Shown piece after piece: positions 61,295 through 64,000 of a stretch of 64,000 nt of DNA; positions within the stretch are counted from its first letter, which is position 1, and each line of letters starts with the position of its first letter. Source of the stretch: Octopus bimaculoides. Lineage: Eukaryota. Location: NCBI RefSeq assembly GCF_001194135.2, contig NC_068982.1:185184446-185248445 (forward strand). The letters are read 5' to 3'. The notes beneath the pieces were generated by a model. It made no database searches. It was not told where the DNA came from and saw nothing but the letters and a program-made list of their open reading frames with translations. The translations under genes and the position numbers were made by a program.

Positions 61295-61689
61295 NNNNNN
61301 NNNNNNNNNNNNNNNNNNNNNNNNNNNNNNNNNNNNNNNNNNNNNNNNNNNNNNNNNNNNNNNNNNNNNNNNNNNNNNNNNNNNNNNNNNNNNNNNNNNN
61401 NNNNNNNNNNNNNNNNNNNNNNNNNNNNNNNNNNNNNNNNNNNNNNNNNNNNNNNNNNNNNNNNNNNNNNNNNNNNNNNNNNNNNNNNNNNNNNNNNNNN
61501 NNNNNNNNNNNNNNNNNNNNNNNNNNNNNNNNNNNNNNNNNNNNNNNNNNNNNNNNNNNNNNNNNNNNNNNNNNNNNNNNNNNNNNNNNNNNNNNNNNNN
61601 NNNNNNNNNNNNNNNNTTCAGACGGTGCTTATTATGTGCCACCGGCATGGGGAGCCAGACAGGCGGAGCTGGCATCAACCACAACTACA

Positions 61690-62126
61690 ATTTCCATTTG
61701 ATTGTGATTTGATTTGATTTTGACGTTGGTGTACTTGACTCAATAGGTCTCCTCAATCATGGCATGTCGCCCTACAATCCAAAGGTACTTTTTGAGTGGG
61801 CTGGGGTGGGGTAATTATGCGACACTGGCGTAGGCTACAGCTGTGATCTCACATTATTTGCTGGATCTTCTCAGTCACAGCATAACTCCAGATATCTCAG
61901 TCTTTTGTCACTGCCTCTGTGAGGCCCAATGTTCGAAGGTCATGCTTCACCACCTCATACCATGTCTTGCTTGGTCTACCTCTTCCACAGGTTCCTTCTA
62001 CAGTTAGGGAATGGTACTTCCTCACTCAGCTCTCATCTATCTGTAGTACATGACCATACCAGCGCAGACATCTCTCTTGCATACCACATTCTATGCTTCT
62101 TATGTCCAACATTTGTCTCAAGGCAC

Positions 62127-62130
<4 letters not shown>
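61690..62130 (-). mobile_element. RTE-like LINE 3' fragment
   Basis: LDIRSIECGMQERCLRWYGHVLQID...GRGRPSKTWYEVVKHDLRTLGL; a related fragment lies at 58760-58985. Confidence 0.7.
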
Positions 62131-62159
<29 letters not shown>

Positions 62160-62163
<4 letters not shown>

Positions 62164-62484
62164 TGCCTGACTGGCTCCCATGCCAGTGGCATGTAAAAAG
62201 CACCATTCGAACGGGGTCAATGTCAGTGCCAGCTGACTGGTCCTGTGCTAGAAACACGCAAAATGCACCATTCAAGTGTGGTCGATGCCAGTACCGCATG
62301 ACTGGCTCTTGTGCCGACGGCAAGTAAAAAGCACCCACTACGCTCTCGGAGTGGTTGGCGTTGGGAGGGGTATCTAGCTGTAGAAACGTTGCCAGCCCTT
62401 AGTCAAACCATCCAACCCATGCCAGCATGGAAAGCAGACATTGAATGTTGAAGATGATATATATATATGATATATATATTTTTG

Positions 62485-62516
<32 letters not shown>

Positions 62517-62700
62517 GATATATATATATATATGTATATATATACACTCTCTGAGTGGTTGGCGTTAGGAAGGGCATCCAGCTGTAGAAACTCTGCCAAG
62601 TCAGATTGGAGCCTGGTGCAGCCTTCTGGCTTGCCAGTCCTCAGTCAAATCGTCCAACCCATGCTAGCATGGAAAGCAGACATTAAATGATGATGATGAT
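62160..62700 (+). mobile_element. Two tandem family C copies separated by (AT)n
   Basis: Tail GCATGGAAAGCAGACATT.AATG(ATG)n at ~62425-62460 and ~62665-62700. Confidence 0.7.
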
Positions 62701-63546
62701 AAGGGTGTTATTCAAAATTCTGTAAAAAAATATCTTTAGAAATAAATTTGATCATTTTTAATATTCTTAATCATTTTAATATTTTTAATGCTAGCATAGG
62801 TTAGACGAATACATATTATGGGGGCATTGTTTTACAGCTGGATCCTTTTTCCTGTTGCAAACCTTTACCTGTTTTTAACTAAGGTATTCATTTGACATTC
62901 CTCTCAAAGTGAAGAACTAGTAAACACTTTGTTGACATTGGAGCTCAATGCTTTTGAGTGAATGTCAGTGACTACATACACACATGCATATAAATGTATG
63001 TTTATAAAGTAGGTGTGATCAAAATTACATCTTTGTGGCATACAAAGAAACTCCTTTATGGATAGTTTGATTAGGTGAGTGGAAATGAAGACATGTTGGG
63101 AGAATGAAGAAGTTATAGAATAAGGAGAAGATAAGGAGAAAGAGAAAAGGAGGAAAAAGGCAGACGTTTATGGGGTTGTGGCAATAGGAAGGAATAGTGC
63201 AGATGTTCTGGTTTAACAGTTAAGAAAGGTTTATTGAATACAGGTAGGTCATTAAGTAGGTTAAATTTAAACTAGGAAAATAATGATTGTTTTTCTGTTA
63301 TCGTTTGGGTTTATTAAAGTGTGTAAAAGCATATGTGAAAAGTTACAACTGTAAAGCAGTATATGTCAGAGATAGTTAAAATTCAATGGGTTGGTTGAAA
63401 GTTATTCGTTGGGTTCAGTCGAGCTTCTTTGTAAATAGAGTTGTGAGAAATTATTGTATAGAAGCATAGCCTACATGAAATTCATAGCCTCTGGATCACA
63501 TTCATTACTTTGAGTTCTATTTCTCCTGTTTGGTCAACCCAACCGC

Positions 63547-63580
<34 letters not shown>

Positions 63581-63691
63581 CATGTAAATGTCAAACGATG
63601 AAATGAGTGCTCAACACCGCATTGGTGGATATATCATTTTTTTTATTTGTGAATTAAGGCTACCATTGGTTTCATGTTAAGAATGGTAGAA

Positions 63692-63837
63692 TATCATCAT
63701 CGTCGTTTAACGTCCGCTTTCCATGCTAGCATGGGTTGGACGACTGACTGAGGACTGGTGAAACCGGATGGCTACACCAGGCACCAATCTGATTTGGCAG
63801 AGTTTCTACAGCTGGATGCCCTTCCTAACGCCGACAA
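63692..63837 (-). mobile_element. Family C copy truncated by the hammerhead-bearing repeat
   Basis: CATCATCGTCGTTTAACGTCCGCTTTCCATGCTAGC...CCCTTCCTAACGCC then unrelated sequence. Confidence 0.75.
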
Positions 63838-63918
63838 CAAAAGAAAGAAAGAGACCTCGATATTATGTAAATAGAGGAATTTATCTGTAAAAATATGTGA
63901 CACTTATTCGGTAGCCAT

Positions 63919-63979
63919 GATAAAACTTTGAGTTTCGGATGCCGGGGTGGGAACCCACACCAACATCTCTTCAGTTATC
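63919..63979 (-). ncRNA. Type I hammerhead ribozyme-like motif (best copy), in a Penelope/retrozyme-like repeat running off the window end
   Basis: Minus: GATAA-CTGAAGA-GATGTTGG(TGTGGGTTCCCACC)CCGGCATC-C-GAAA-C(TCAAA)G-TT-TTATC; stems I, II and III all pair. Confidence 0.7.
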
Positions 63980-64000
63980 CGGAGGAATTTTCAATGGCCG

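Noticed and set aside
57933-64000. ACAT1 exons 1-2 (mitochondrial targeting peptide) and promoter
   Set aside because: No convincing candidate found by eye; they may be in the gap at 61295-61616 or beyond the window.

Overview
Eukaryotic, AT-rich, repeat-dense draft genomic DNA with many N gaps. It is most likely an octopus or other coleoid cephalopod (inference from the SINE/RTE repeat families, (AT)n/(ATC)n microsatellites and TTAGGG repeats). Two convergent multi-exon genes were reconstructed by hand from GT-AG junctions. (1) + strand: 3' part of an ANKRD6/Diversin/Diego orthologue, 9 exons at 1583-18987, with five 99-nt ankyrin exons, a coiled-coil block and a ~740-aa low-complexity tail ending in -SDV. 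Its 5' exons lie before the window. (2) - strand: mitochondrial acetoacetyl-CoA thiolase ACAT1 (T2), 11 exons at 57932-27495, with the catalytic motifs intact (VCASG, NEAF, GHPIG, CNGGG). The N-terminal targeting exons were not found. Introns and the ~8.5-kb intergenic gap hold several tRNA-derived SINE families, RTE LINE fragments, a mariner with 165-bp rearranged TIRs, hAT/piggyBac-type MITEs, two non-autonomous Helitrons, a probable solo LTR, fold-back elements and minisatellites. The most notable unannotated signals are four type I hammerhead-ribozyme-like motifs (63919-63979, 7127-7169, 38804-38840, 46280-46324; probably Penelope/retrozyme relics), a fold-back TIR element with an inverted telomeric-repeat core (2519-3035), and several long hairpins that could be miRNA or ADAR substrates. 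Almost all other ORFs in the supplied track are microsatellite, gap or repeat artefacts.
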